This document shows, piece by piece, positions 12,001 through 59,700 of a stretch of 64,000 bases of DNA (position 1 is its first letter; each line of letters begins with the position of its first letter). The notes under the pieces were generated by a model. It was given only the letters and a program-made list of their open reading frames with translations, had not been told where the DNA came from and did not search any database. Origin of the DNA: Bugula neritina (Eukaryota; Animalia; Bryozoa); the NCBI GenBank assembly GCA_964035545.1, contig OZ037765.1, positions 28,271,504-28,335,503 of the forward strand. The letters run 5' to 3'. A program made the translations under genes and the position numbers.

Positions 12001-15000
12001 ATACATTCTGGTTAAGTGAATGGCTTCTCAAATTGATAGTTTTAATACTATTGCAATACTTACTTATAGAGAGCATGATCTGTAACATATGTGCATGCAT
12101 GAATAATTATTTTGAAACTAAGTTATTGCATGAAGCATATATTTATTTTAATACCAAACAAAACAAATAACATTTGAACTAGCAACTATAAAACTTACAG
12201 CTGAACTTACTACACGCTTGCTTCATAGATGACTTTCTGAAAAAGAAATTTGTTAGCCAAATATATGAGAATATAATAGTAGCCTAGTTTTACCTGGGAT
12301 CTTAAAATACTTTCTTTTTCCAGCTCATTTTGCAACTTGTTGCATTGATCAGCTAAAAATATAGACAAGCTTCGTTTAATAAAATACATTTCAGGATTTA
12401 CATTCTTAAAAAGATCTAACATATGGTGGGATGCTTGCTGAGACATAATAAATAAGTAACATATTCTAGTTGTGTTGCAATAAAATACACTGCAACTAAA
12501 AGCAATAGACAAAATTAATAATTGATTAACCAAATTGAATTTTTTTCATAAATGAAGTGCAGCCACAGGAATCACAGCACATACACATAGCAACTGGCTT
12601 AAATGTCAAACAAAAAATTTTTAGTCACTCACTAGTAGATGTTATTTCTGCATTCTTGTTGTCTAATTCATCCTCCATTGTTCCAATTTCCTTGTCTTTA
12701 GCTTTTAGCTGTTCTTTCAGTGAATCCATCTGTTTAGTGAGAGCATCGATCTTGGTAGTGTCTTCCCTTGGAGGAGGCTGTTGTAGAAAATGACTAAACA
12801 TTGTTTAAACTTCATTTTAATACCGAAATATACAAACAGAGTACACGCAAGATTAAATAGGTTAAACTACTTTCAATTGACAGTAATTTTTATATTAAGC
12901 AATTAGAAACTTCAATTTTTTAAAAATGTCTGACAGGAAGTCTTGACCAAATAAACAAATTATAATTATTGTACTTTGTTGAAATCTTGGCATTAAGTAT
13001 TCACTTACAGCTCATATATATGTAAATAAATGTAAATGCAGATAAATAAATCAAGGGTAACATAAATATTATGTGCCTACATTCAGTAATTATGTATGAA
13101 CAAACAATAGAAACTGTAACTTAGTCAACATAACAATTCAAACACAGGAACTCATCAGCAACTGAAATAAATGATAGTTACATATTTAGTCACGCCAGAA
13201 GCAGTGTGAGAGTTTTGTGAGATGCGAGAATTGACTTTTGATTTATTTATCTGATGATTACTGGCATAATGTCGCTGCTGAAACTATCCACAGTAAATTA
13301 TTTTTACTTATGATTCGTATTTTACGGCACAATTACCAGGATAGGAAATATTTCCCTAAACGTCACTAAGGAGCAGCAGTGGAGAAATTGAGATAACCTA
13401 AGTTCTTTTATTCTATTAATTAATTTTGGCTTGAGGCGAGGGTTGAAATTCTTGAAAGCACATAATTTCTTTTGTTACATTTCTAATTTAGAACCCAGGC
13501 TTTTCTCAATTTCTCAATTATAGCACCTACCTTGAATAGCCGGCTATATGGCTGCTGGCAACTAATATGAATTGAATTTATACACATAATTTTGATGAAG
13601 CAACAAAGCAAAGAACTTCAGCAGCCAAGAGTTACCAACGAGAACTTTCGATGTCTCGATCTACTTCTACTACGGAAATCAGTTGTTGAAAAATCATATT
13701 GTACCGCAGTTGAAGCTTTAAACTGCCATACAAGGAAGCGGAGTTTATGAATATATATTATGACGAGTACGTTATGGGGTTATGGACAACCCAGCATACA
13801 TTGCAATGCAAGTTGCTATTCTTCAACATATGCTTTATATACAAAAATAATGGTTTGCAAAGATCTGGACTAAAATTATAGGTACATTAAACTAAATTTG
13901 TGCCTAGTTGATAATAAAAAATAAATGTGATTTAAAAATAATTCAAATCCACAATAAACCTCATTTTTTGCATAATATTGCTTCAGTTTTGCTAATGTGT
14001 CTTTTAGCCTTGCTTCTTCAATAGCTGACAAACCAAGATCACACTGAGTAGTGCGATCATATGACGGGGCAGGAACCCTGGACAATGCTTTTCGCAATGC
14101 TTTCATTCGACTCTGTTGGGGATTGAATAACTACTTAGCATTATCAAATTGTAGTTCTGAGAAGAAATGAGATTTGATATCTAGTATAACTTGTAGTAAC
14201 ACGTTAGTTGTTTTACAATACATGCTACACTATGCATGTGTAGAGACTTCATTAACTTAGTATAACTTATAATATGTTAGTTGTTTTGCAATACATATTG
14301 CACTATGCATGTGTAGGTTTTTCATTACTTATTACACAGTAGTTGCAGTCCGATCTTGGAATTGTCTCCTCAGTAAAATTGGCAACAAAAATAAAATATA
14401 TTTTGCCTGCAGACTATTTAGTGCTTAAAACTTACCTCTTCAATTTTTTGTTTAGTAGCCAGCTGCTGCTTTAACATAATCATGACGGACTCATTTCTCT
14501 GAATTGTCTGGGTAAGTGAAGAAACCTGCTGCTGCAGTTTCCTTAGTTCTAGCTGATGCCGCTCTTTATCTTTCTCCATTTGCTTTTCAAATCTTGCCTA
14601 TGAATATTATTTTGATATCACAACTCTTTACATTATATAAACATGTAAACTTATACAATATAGACAACTTTAGATACTTAATTACTCAAATTGCTTATTG
14701 AGCTGCAAACAAAATTTATAGACAAAGCTATTGGATTATTTAATTGCAGAGAAAAGGTTTTAAAAATATTTTGTAAGATTACTGTTACTGTTGGTGAAAT
14801 ATCTTCTAGACGATCCCATAAAATAATTATTTTAACACAGCATAGAATTAAATGATAGTAAGTATAATTTTCTTGTTCAGCAAACAAATAATAAACCAGA
14901 AATACAAACAACGCATTTTAAATAACTTAAATTTTGTAAAAATATTGAAAAGCAAAGATAATACAATACCTGCACATCTCCCTATAAATTAAAATTAAAT

Positions 15001-17092
15001 TTTCCAAAGTATTAAAAAGGGCGCACCAGAGCAAAACAACTACAACTGAAACTATTATTTATGCTAATTTCTAAATAATCTGTAATATTCAGCTGCAATC
15101 TTTTTTTACTTTTGGCATCTAACTATTAACAAGTAATGTTACATATAATATGCTATAAAATTGTACATGAATAAGCGTTAAAACATAAATGTATAAAAAA
15201 TGCAGGTGTAAGAAAAAAAACTGAATATAAAATACATATATAACATTCAGTAACCAGTTGAAAAAGGTTTATTTGTGAGATATGTTAATTTTGTTTGAAA
15301 TGTGCTATAATTAAAGGTGAAGCTTACAAAATTCATTTTTTTTATTATAGATTTTTTTTCTTTAGCATATGATCTTTGTTTTTGATAACTTTAATATGTA
15401 GACATAATATATCATCATAATATACAGTAACAGCAAATTTTAAATAAAAAAAACTCATACCTGAAATAAAGTTTCAACTCTAGCCAATGCATCTGCCAAC
15501 TGCTGTCTGTATGCTTTGCGCACAATACCAACCCGCTAGAAATAAACGGAAATTTCAGAGATCTACCCTAATAAAGAATTTTTTTAACTAAATAAGCAAG
15601 ATGATTTTTATCGCAAGAAATATATGATTGTAATCAACATACCTCTACGTGCATTGCTTCCAGCTCTCCCAGTTTATGGTTAATTCGAGTATATCTGTTA
15701 TATTAAATAATATAATTATTTGATAACTAGCAAAATCTAAGATTCCTTTTAATTTATTAGACAACAGTAAAAATATTATGTAAGTAACTACAAACAACAA
15801 CTTATTGCAGTTTTAAAAAAAAACAATTTTTTTTCTGAGAACATTCTAGAATACATACAAATCCAAAGATTTTTCTTGAAGTTTATTTTCATACTCTGTT
15901 TCCAACTTTTTTCTAGTTAAAGTCAAATCTCTTTTTATGTGTGAAGAATCCTGTAAAATAATACGATCATTGTTACTTAAAACTTTAAAACTGTTTCTTA
16001 AATCATGAATGACACTTTCTCTGTCATACATTATTAATTTTGTTTACTGTAATTAGTACTACAATATAAATATGTGACATGACTAAATTAATGCACTAAA
16101 AGTGTACAATAAAATACATTAGGAATACTTCACTTACTTTTATAAGTACTTGAAGAACATTTGTCATCTCTTTGAGTTGAACGATATCAGTTTGTTGTGT
16201 TTGGCATGCTCGATCAAGATTAAAAAACCCAACCTTGACGTCATCAGCCAAAGCAGGCCTAAAATTAATATTCAAGTTTATTCCTAAGATGTTTTGCAAT
16301 TTTATAACAAACACCTGCAGTAATCTAAAAAACTAAAAATTGAAAATAATGCTGTGAAAAATTAACTCCACCAAAAATAGAATTACAACAGAAAAATTTA
16401 AAAAGCCCTTAAATTAATCATCATAAACATTTTTTTTAGCAAAAGTTCATAAAATACAGTTTGTGTAATGACAAAAACTTTATAATCTATTATTATATAT
16501 TACCAGGCTCATTTTGGAGAGATAGATAAAATTACAGCTCATGCACTAAGAAATATGACTATCTGGTGTTTTGTTTAGTTTACTTAAAAAATACTAAATA
16601 TTTATTTAATGCATACTATTTAGCGTCTGCAGTCAGAAGAAGACGTTTTGTGAAAAGCTGGCATTTACCAGTACTAGTAGTAGTAGTAGTTGGGCAGAGC
16701 ATTGATATTTTTTATCTCACAAAGTTTTTCAACTACTTTGCGATTGTACGTAATATGTTGTTTACATAAAAATGAAGCTTATATAATTACACCAATGTCG
16801 ACACTAATTTTGTCCCATATACTAATTTTGTATTACCAGTGATCAGTATCAGTCTGTGTCTACCTTGAGTCCCTGACTCCAATTTAAATTAATGTCTAAA
16901 AAATTATTATCCATCACTTTTATGGTGTTGCCATAATTTTATTTAAAAGTGTTGTAATAATTGAGAAACAAAACAAAACAAAACGTACTTAAAAAGATCT
17001 TCATCTTCTGAATCTCCAAATAGATCAGGATTCAAAGATGACTGATTTTCATACAATTCTTTGGACAATTTCGCGATTTTCGCCTCCGCCAT
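3050..17092 (-). CDS. C10orf67-like (DUF4709-type) coiled-coil protein, multi-exon
   Basis: Exons 17092-16989, 16258-16138, 15950-15859, 15694-15643, 15535-15461, 14597-14436 splice in phase to ...KPALADDVKVGFFNLDRACQTQ...YENKLQEKSLDLYTRINHKLGELEAMHVERVGIVRKAYRQQLADALAR, resembling the C10orf67 N-terminal domain. Further coiled-coil exons near 14112, 12779, 12353, 11985, 10620, 9768, 8068, 7322, 7103, 6490, 5047, 4152, 3634 and 3074. The 3' end is uncertain (stop at 3050 or 2976 depending on phase). Confidence 0.75.
9844..9974. mobile_element. hAT-type MITE (131 bp)
   Basis: Terminal inverted repeats CAGGGCTGTCCAAC / GTTGGACACCCCTG and an 8-bp TSD ctatagat / ctacagat (one mismatch). Confidence 0.85.
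13368..13529. mobile_element. MITE family A, copy 1
   Basis: Ends GGAGCAGCAGTGGAGAAATTGAGA ... TCTCAATTTCTCAATTATAGCACC. Reverse-complement homolog of the copies at ~33932 and ~47825. Confidence 0.75.
14182..14332. repeat. Imperfect tandem duplication of a ~75-bp unit
   Basis: tagtataactt...gttagttgtttt(a/g)caataca...cactatgcatgtgtag occurs twice in tandem. Confidence 0.7.
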
Positions 17093-17337
17093 GTTGTATC
17101 TATGTTCCTAAGCAAATATAGCGCAGTTTCTAACTTTGAGCGCTAAGCTAAATTAAATGTTGTAATTATAAATCTAAAACAGACATTCATGAATTTCTAT
17201 TAAAACTAAAACTAGTTCTTGGAGTTGTCTTAGTTATTACTAGCGATCACTTCTCTAGACGGCTCAGCCCCGAAATGCCCAGCGTACATTATTGTTGTTC
17301 AACGCATGCTCATTGCTTTTGTATTTAGGAACCAGCC
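17093..17337. promoter_or_regulatory. Bidirectional promoter between the C10orf67-like gene and SRPK
   Basis: Only 245 bp separates the two divergent ATGs, and the interval is locally CpG-richer. Confidence 0.65.
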
Positions 17338-26590
<9,253 letters not shown>

Positions 26591-27298
26591 AAAGCACATC
26601 TTTCAGACTCACATGCAATCAACTCAAAATTTTATTGCCAAATAATGCGTCTTCGCCGACAAATTTTACCGAAACAGCAGCAGCACTCTGTTAGACATTG
26701 TAGATATTTGTTCAACTCAAGTTGTGCGTGTGTTTGCCGTATGTACCAAGTCAATGCGTTGAACAAGTTTACAATTTAAACTTGAAGAGATAGGTATTTT
26801 CTGTCTCCACATTGTATCCATTTGTGATCAAGATTCTGGTTGTCTACGTTTGTGTACTGAAGCTTTGTGCTGCCTTTAGTTACTAGCTAAAGACGAAATG
26901 TCAATTCCTATACCTTCTATTCCAATTACTAGTCTCTATCTCATAAATCACCGCTCATTTTCATAATGCAACTTTTCGAATTAATATTATCATTTGCCTC
27001 CTACTTTGTTGTTTAAGATGACTGGTTGCAACTGCAACCAAGTCTCTTGAATAAATATTCGCTATCAGTTAGCAAATTTAGTCTATTTGTGTTTCTATTA
27101 TGAGTCAAAATATTGCTAAAAGTAATTTTATATTTTATGTAAAATCATCACATCATGTTGACTGTAAACTGTAATGAAGAGAAATATAGAAAAATACATA
27201 ATTACTACCCAAATATAATAATTATTAATTAGATATAAATATTTGAAATTTTGAGTAAATAAATTATCATCTTGGCACAAAATGCCATATATTACTGG

Positions 27299-52298
<25,000 letters not shown>

Positions 52299-52729
52299 AT
52301 TTAGATGTTCTTCAGTTTTGTGTTGCCATAAGTTTATTAAAAGCTGCCAAAGAAACAACAAATTAGTATACTACCAAATAAGATTACTCAGCTAAAACTT
52401 CTCAATTAGATCTTTAAAAACAATTTACTATCTTTTACAAATTCATGGTGTGTACATACAGCACCAAGAAGATTGTAAGATTTGAACTTTTCTACTTGAC
52501 CAAGATATCTGCATTCTCACATCACTAAAAATCTATATGACAACAGTTGATAATACAACCTGGTTGAAAAGTTCAAGATTTACTGCAAAAATTGGTGGCA
52601 GAGAAAATGTGAGAAATAAAATAAATTGGCATAAAAGTTTATCATTAGACAACTTAAGATACATGTACAGCTATGTATCATTCACAATATTCCTAAACTA
52701 TTTTATGGTTGAACACGCATGTAACAAAA

Positions 52730-54200
52730 ATGGTAGAAGAGTAAGACTAAGACTAAGACTAAAAGTAGGTTTCTAATGCATTAATTTTGTTTTTTGTACT
52801 ATAGATAAGTTCATTGGCACAGTACAAACTATATGACTAGGTATGTAATACAGTTCTAACATAAATGTGTCATAGTATGTCATAATGTTCATTAAGTCCA
52901 ATTGCTATAATTTTAATTTGTATCAACCTGAAATCAACTAACAAGTATGATTGTATATAATTGCAACTTTAACTAAAACTGCGATTCTTTTTCATCAAAT
53001 CTACTTTCAGAGTATCGGTATACTAATAGAAATACTATTACATTTACTGGTACTATTAGTAATACTAATATAGTAATGATAATATCATTAGTAATAGTAA
53101 TACAAATACTAATACTGATACTGTAAAGTGGACATTTTTAGCTTTTTTATTAACCTTTAGTGACTTTTAGGCATAAACTTGTGCAGTGAAACCTAACCAT
53201 GCTATAATGCTATAATTATATATTATCACTCCAACTACACCCTAGGCTTGAGAGTAACTGTAGGTGTAAGTGACTAAATCTCTAACTATAGTCTATAAAC
53301 TAGTATTAATAATACTAAACCAAGTAGTAAATATCACTAATAGTATTAATATAACAGTAAATGTTATTACACCAGAGTGAGTTTTACATCGAATCACCAA
53401 TGGCAATCCGCATCACAATCACAAAGTGACAATTCTTGTGTCTCGTGGTGATGGCAAACTAAAACTAATCAGCGATCAGGAAACTACTTGGGGAGCAAAG
53501 CTCTACTGTAACTATGTCTATTGGCTATCACTCTCAGTACCACTAGACACTAAGTCAGTAACTGTAAGTGACTATCACTCATCACTATGACTATGAGTAT
53601 CAGTATAAGACTGAGTATGACATTCACATTGGCTGATTGGGCTTGGCTATGCTACTCAGTCTTACTAACTCTGAGTCAAAATGACTATCACTATGGCTAT
53701 GATTATCAGTATCAGTGAAATTGAATAACTGAGTCACTATGACTTAGACTTAGAGTTATACGGGGGGGGGGGGGCTTATACCTATTGAGTTTGACTATGA
53801 CTATCAGTATCACTATGACTATCACTATGATAATGAATTTGATTCATAATGATAATATAAATATGAAACTCAGCTTGAGTATTAGTATGAAATTCAAATT
53901 GAATATCAGTCTGACCCTGAGCCTTAGAGTTAGTGTTAGTTTTAGTTTATCACTTTAAGTTTATCATATTCATTATGATTATGAGTATGACTTACTCTTA
54001 GGACGAAGACTGTTAGTCTTACCCTGCAGTAATTGTAAACCTGCTCAAATTTGCATCACCTTTACACACAATTAGTGATCAGAGCCATTGTGTTCACTCT
54101 GCAAAGTTTGCAGTCACTAGCAGATTTAAGTTCCTTCCTATGGCTATGGTTATTACTTATTAGTATTCCTTGTTTAGTTATCAGTCTTCTAGTAAGTAAG
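52730..54200. repeat. Cryptic 6-bp periodic TNA tract upstream of the FIG4 start codon (probable 5'UTR intron)
   Basis: 15 consecutive hexamers at 53857-53946 with T at position 2 and A at position 4; 8 consecutive at 53581-53628. Confidence 0.85.
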
Positions 54201-55337
54201 GAAAATAAATGGAATCGCGATCATATATTTATTACGAGGGAACGCAAATTCATTGGTCATTCATTTACTTTCAATGGGCATATTACAGCCTTACTATTAA
54301 TGAATAGACGGGCATATACTTATTGATTAGGAAAACAGACTGAATGGGTTTAGATAATTATAACAATCCTAAATACGTCTTACAGATAATAAGATAATTC
54401 TATGAAAATTTAAAGCGGACTTGACAACTTTTAGAAAGCAAGGAAGATTAACTTAAAGTTTCTGTATAGTTATGCAAATTACACAATAGCTCAATCTTGT
54501 ACATTAACATAATATATAACTATAATATATAAGCTGAGTGCAGGGGTAGACATATTATGTCTCTATGTAATTTAAGCATGTCTAGCAAATTTTTTTTGCC
54601 ATGAAACCGACCCCCTACCAGATTTTTGTTCAAGTGTTAGTGGCTACTTATTAAATCACATTTTAGTACTTGAATTTTCCAAATATCTTAGAAACTGCAG
54701 AATTTTTTATAAGGAGACTACATACTGCATGTCTATACATTGTTATTTACAGTTTAAAGGTGATTTTTCTACAAGTTAGACTGGTGCTTTATCATTACGT
54801 GCTCTTCACTTAATTTATGACAGTAAAAGTCACTAATTTAAACAACATAGCACCTTTAAGATGATGGAAGCAAAGCTGTTAATGATTGACAGTTATTATA
54901 AGCAATGGCATGGCTTACATGCATGCCTATACCTATTTTTTGTAAGTTCTATTCATTTATGCAAGGTTTGGTAAAATTTTTCAATCGGTGAAAAGTAACA
55001 GAACGGGTTATTCAAATAGAATGTTGCATTTATTACTGATGAATAATTATCACTTATACTTGTATTATAGTTTCATTAGTAAGCAAGGTGCTATACAGCC
55101 AAAAAAAATTTTAGGGTTGAAATTATGAACAATAATTGTGGAATTATTTGAAAAACGACTCAGAAAGTCTGATTATGTGCATGATTGATAGTGTAATGGT
55201 GCTATTTATCCATTACTGCATTTATATAAATGGAGAGATAATATGATGCTGCAAACCTATAGCAAATTGTGATCTTTTTATAAAATAGTTGAACTAAATA
55301 TTAGATAAGGTGATGCTATCACTACTGGATTTTAAGC

Positions 55338-55620
55338 AAAAATGGCACAGGTACTAATGGCACAGGTAATAATGGCACAGGTACTAATGGCACAGGTAAT
55401 AATATGGCACAAATGAAAAGTAGGTAAAAATGGCACACTGATGTTAAATTTCTCCAGCCTCCAAACCCCTCACCCAAAACCTAAGCCCCCAATTCTTAAA
55501 CTCCCATCCGCAAACCTAAACCCCAAACCCTAACATTGAAAATGTGCCATTTTCATCTACTTGCCATTTGTACCATTTTTACCTGCGCCATTTTTATCTG
55601 TGCCATTTTACCAGACACCC
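55338..55620. mobile_element. Foldback element with terminal 15-bp minisatellite and internal AACCCT-like motifs
   Basis: Left arm (AATGGCACAGGTA..)n, right arm (TGTGCCATTTT..)n in inverted orientation; central cctaaaccccaaaccctaac. Superfamily not assignable. Confidence 0.65.
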
Positions 55621-56711
55621 AGTATGAACCATGAAAGTTTGCAATATTCAATATAATTACTTTGTTATATAATGAACTTGCATAGTTAATGAAAACTTAC
55701 CTCCTCTCCTCAATATTTTAATTCTTTACTTTGTCTGATTTCAATTTTTCTGTTAAGCTGCTACGAAGCTTGACAAAAAGTTCTTATTTCATCTTTACTC
55801 TCTACTTGTGAGTGAAATGCACCAACACTGCACTAGCTAAGCAGCATCGTAGAGCATGCTGCCAGGAAGCGAACTTTGGATACCTAACTCAACTGGCAGC
55901 TTAAAATCTTAACTAGAGCTGCTATTCAGGCCATTCATTCTCATAAGAATGATGCATTTATTTGTCCATTATTCAGGTACATATAAAATTAGCTAACTTT
56001 CTTTTTATTGTGAAAAGCTAATATTATGAAGAATATTATGTATAAGCTTCCCCAACCACAAAGCCTGAGGTAGCCCGAGCAAACAATGGGTCAACTATTA
56101 TCTTTACAGAGTGGTGCAGTAACTATTCTATGTGATAGAGGTGTAATTAGATTTTTAAATGTGTGTATAAAGCTATGGAAATCTTGTGAGAAATGTTGCT
56201 ATGTAGAGTTTTAATTGGCACGTTGTGTACTAGATTTAAAAGAAACAAATACAATTGATAGAATCACTCAGTGTATTATGTAAGACAATTCAAACACAGT
56301 AGCAGTGAGAAACTTAAATAACCTTAAAATCATAGCAGGTAGGCAGGATTACACATTAGGAGCACATGCTATTTCTATAAGTTGAAGCATTTCATAAACT
56401 CCACCTGAGCATATTAAAATTACATGTGATTATAAGTAACTATATGTATAAACAATAGAAAACATGAAAACAACTCCACAAAATAAAATGCTAACAATAT
56501 AAAAGTTGAGAAAATAAGTTTAAATAAATAAATGATGTAATGAAAATACACCAAGCAAGTCCAAAAATAATCATAGACAATAACTTCTCTTTATAAAAAT
56601 CCAGTTCATGCCACCAAATCAGAGACACGAGACATGTTAATATTTCTATAGTAAGTATTCACAAATAGTAACTGTTAGAATCAAGAAGCTGACTAGCTAG
56701 CTACTCAAAAT

Positions 56712-59700
56712 TTAGTGCCCGCCTCCAATAATATGGATCAGCATGTCTCTGAATGGACCACTAGTCTCTTTCTACAATTATATTCATAACTCTAACAGTT
56801 AATTTCATGACAGCAAATTTAATTTGGTTATTTTGTCACAAGTTCAACAACGACAACTTCAAGTACAAGTACAAGTTACGTCAACAAACACACCCTACTT
56901 CAAATTATGGAAGATGTAAGCTATAAAAGATAAAAAAAGAGTTGATAACTTGATTTCTTGTAGGTTACTATGGCACCATCATAAATTATTTTGTAGTAAA
57001 TATTATACTGTATTACATGATGATAAACTAACTTCCTGTATAAATATTGTGTAAAAATCGCTAATTACAAAATTCTAGTGAGCTGAATGATCCAAACACC
57101 TTCAAAGACTAACACTGTACATTAAATAGTTGAAAAATTCCAAAACATAAAACAATATATAAACGCCAATATTAAAACCCAACCTAAAGCATCCAAAAAG
57201 TCAACAGTAACTAAATACAAAACAAGCTGTAGCAAAAAGAGGGCATAGTAGCATAAAAGAGTATGTGAAAATATCCTTACCTTGATCCAATGAGACAGAG
57301 GCTTGCTTTCACCTTTAATGTTACTAAAAGACCTGTTGATTTGCTCCAGGTCAATTTCACTCCTGCTCACTAAAGTTCTTATTAGAGATTTTTCATCTGT
57401 GCCAATGCCCTAGAAAACAAAGAGTGAACACTTGGCATTACTAGGGCTGGACAAACATCATCTTAAAGTAATGATAGACTAATATAGAACAATTAAAAGT
57501 CTACAAGTAAATTGCTTGAGAGTTCACTAACCTTCATGGCTTTGTAGAGCACATTAGCAAAGTAAGAGTGCTTATCCAGCGTAAATCGAACTACAATCAC
57601 AAAATCAAGTTTACAGCTGACACATAAAGCTGCCACTCACAACTTTCTTATACCATTACAGAATGTTAGACTCATTGAGATTGTTTAGCATAAGAATAAA
57701 GGCATCAGAAAATAATTCACTCTTAGGGAGGGTATGTGTGTATAGAGGATGCAGTGTGTAGGGCTGAACAATATCTGACTGCGCCTTTAATTAGGTTATG
57801 TGTCACCCTACACTATAAAATATATTTCGTAGTGTAGAAACTACAATGTTAGTGGAGTGAGTAAATGCCAAGCTTTCTAGAAAATGCTAGATGGTAGGAG
57901 AGCTTCAGATAAGCAAAGCTGATTGATATGTAACTGCCACTTACCAATGGCTTTCATTCCTTTTTCAAGATCGCCAGACATTTCACTTTTTATTACTTTT
58001 TCCATGTCCTTTTTGTACAACCGTTGATATGCAGCAAAAACTGCTCTAAGTTGCTCAAAACTTTGAGACACAAAAACGGAATTGAAAGTTGACTCATCAG
58101 TCCCGAGTCTAGCAGCTCCGGCTTTATACAGTTTCTACAACAAATATACCTTCTTCCAATGTCCTTGATAGTGAATTTATAACTGAGAGTTGTGCCCCCA
58201 GCAAATACACACTTCAACCTCATTATATAGAGCTGTCTCATAAAACAGGGTTTAGTAGTCATGACTTGCAAGACCAACATATGATATTAAACTACGGGCT
58301 TTGATTGAATGTTACGGCATTCACTGGAATTAGAGGTAGAAATCTACTTATTTCAATGTAGTCTTGATAGTAGACAGTACCAGCAGAATACGTAATACTC
58401 TCTGAAACTATTTATTAGATTATATTACAAATCACTGCAACAAACCTTTGCATCATCTTCAGCCTTCTGTGCATTAACACCTTGGTCCTCTTGTCTAGCT
58501 CCCTGTAAACCATACAACAAATATGTATATCCTCTATAGACTGTAGTCCTTCCTAAACCTATTTATCGAGATATAACACCCACCACAACATAGCAACACA
58601 TAGCATTCCAAACAAACGACAAGCGACTAGAAGTGATAGACAATTAGCCTAATCAACTAATTAAAATATGACATGCAAAATTGATTAACTTGAAGCAGAG
58701 ATGATTGTAAAATAGAGTAGAGTTAGAGTGAAATGTTACAGTTTTTGTAACTTCCTATTGCAAATAAAGCAATTTAGCTGATTTGGTGGAGCAACTAATT
58801 TGAACATTAACTTTTATAATGAAAAGAAAAATAACTTTTCATTACAGTAAGAGTCTATCTACACTTTCTAAACCATAAACTCCACATACATACTTTATTA
58901 ATCATAGTGTGAAGGTTAGATGGCGTGAGTTTAAATCAATTTGCAAACAATGGGTGAGAGAGTTTGGTGGGAAATAAGAACACAGGATATTTGCACATGT
59001 AATGTGAACATTGTACAAGCTACAAGCACATGAAATACTACGGTTGGACGGGTTTGCATGCACAGTTTGCATAACTCACATTCGAAAGTGAGATTAGCAT
59101 TCTCATAAAATGGCCGCTGGTGTCACCTTGCATATGCTGCTCAATGGTAGCTTTGTACACTACAATCAAAACATGTTTGGTAAAACACACGGAGCTTACT
59201 GAGTACTCACATTGGCGAGAGAAATGAGCATTCGTCTAAAATGACCTGAGGTATCACCTTTAATTTCCTGCTCAATGTTGCATTTGTAAACTGGAAATTG
59301 AAAAATAAAGTTATAACAGATTTAACGGTCCCAACTTCTAAAACTTCAACCATAAAAAAGAAAAAAAAACTTGCAAATTCTTATTATAAAATTGGTGCAT
59401 ATCTATAAACAAGTCCTCCATGGGATTTTCTATTAATATACATCTTACGGCCCGTCACAGCTGGCAACATTTACAGACTACCTTGAAATTATAATACAAT
59501 ACAAAAGTTAGTAAGCCACACATACGCTCCCTGTACTGATGACCAAGCTCCTGTATTTGAGCGTTTGTACGAGTACACAGAATCTCCACCAACACATCTT
59601 CGTCTGTCCCAAGACCCTTTAAAATTAGACAAGTGTGCAACTAAAACATGCTTTCAGTTCACTACTGAAATCACAACAAACCCTATTGTGTTAAATGAAG

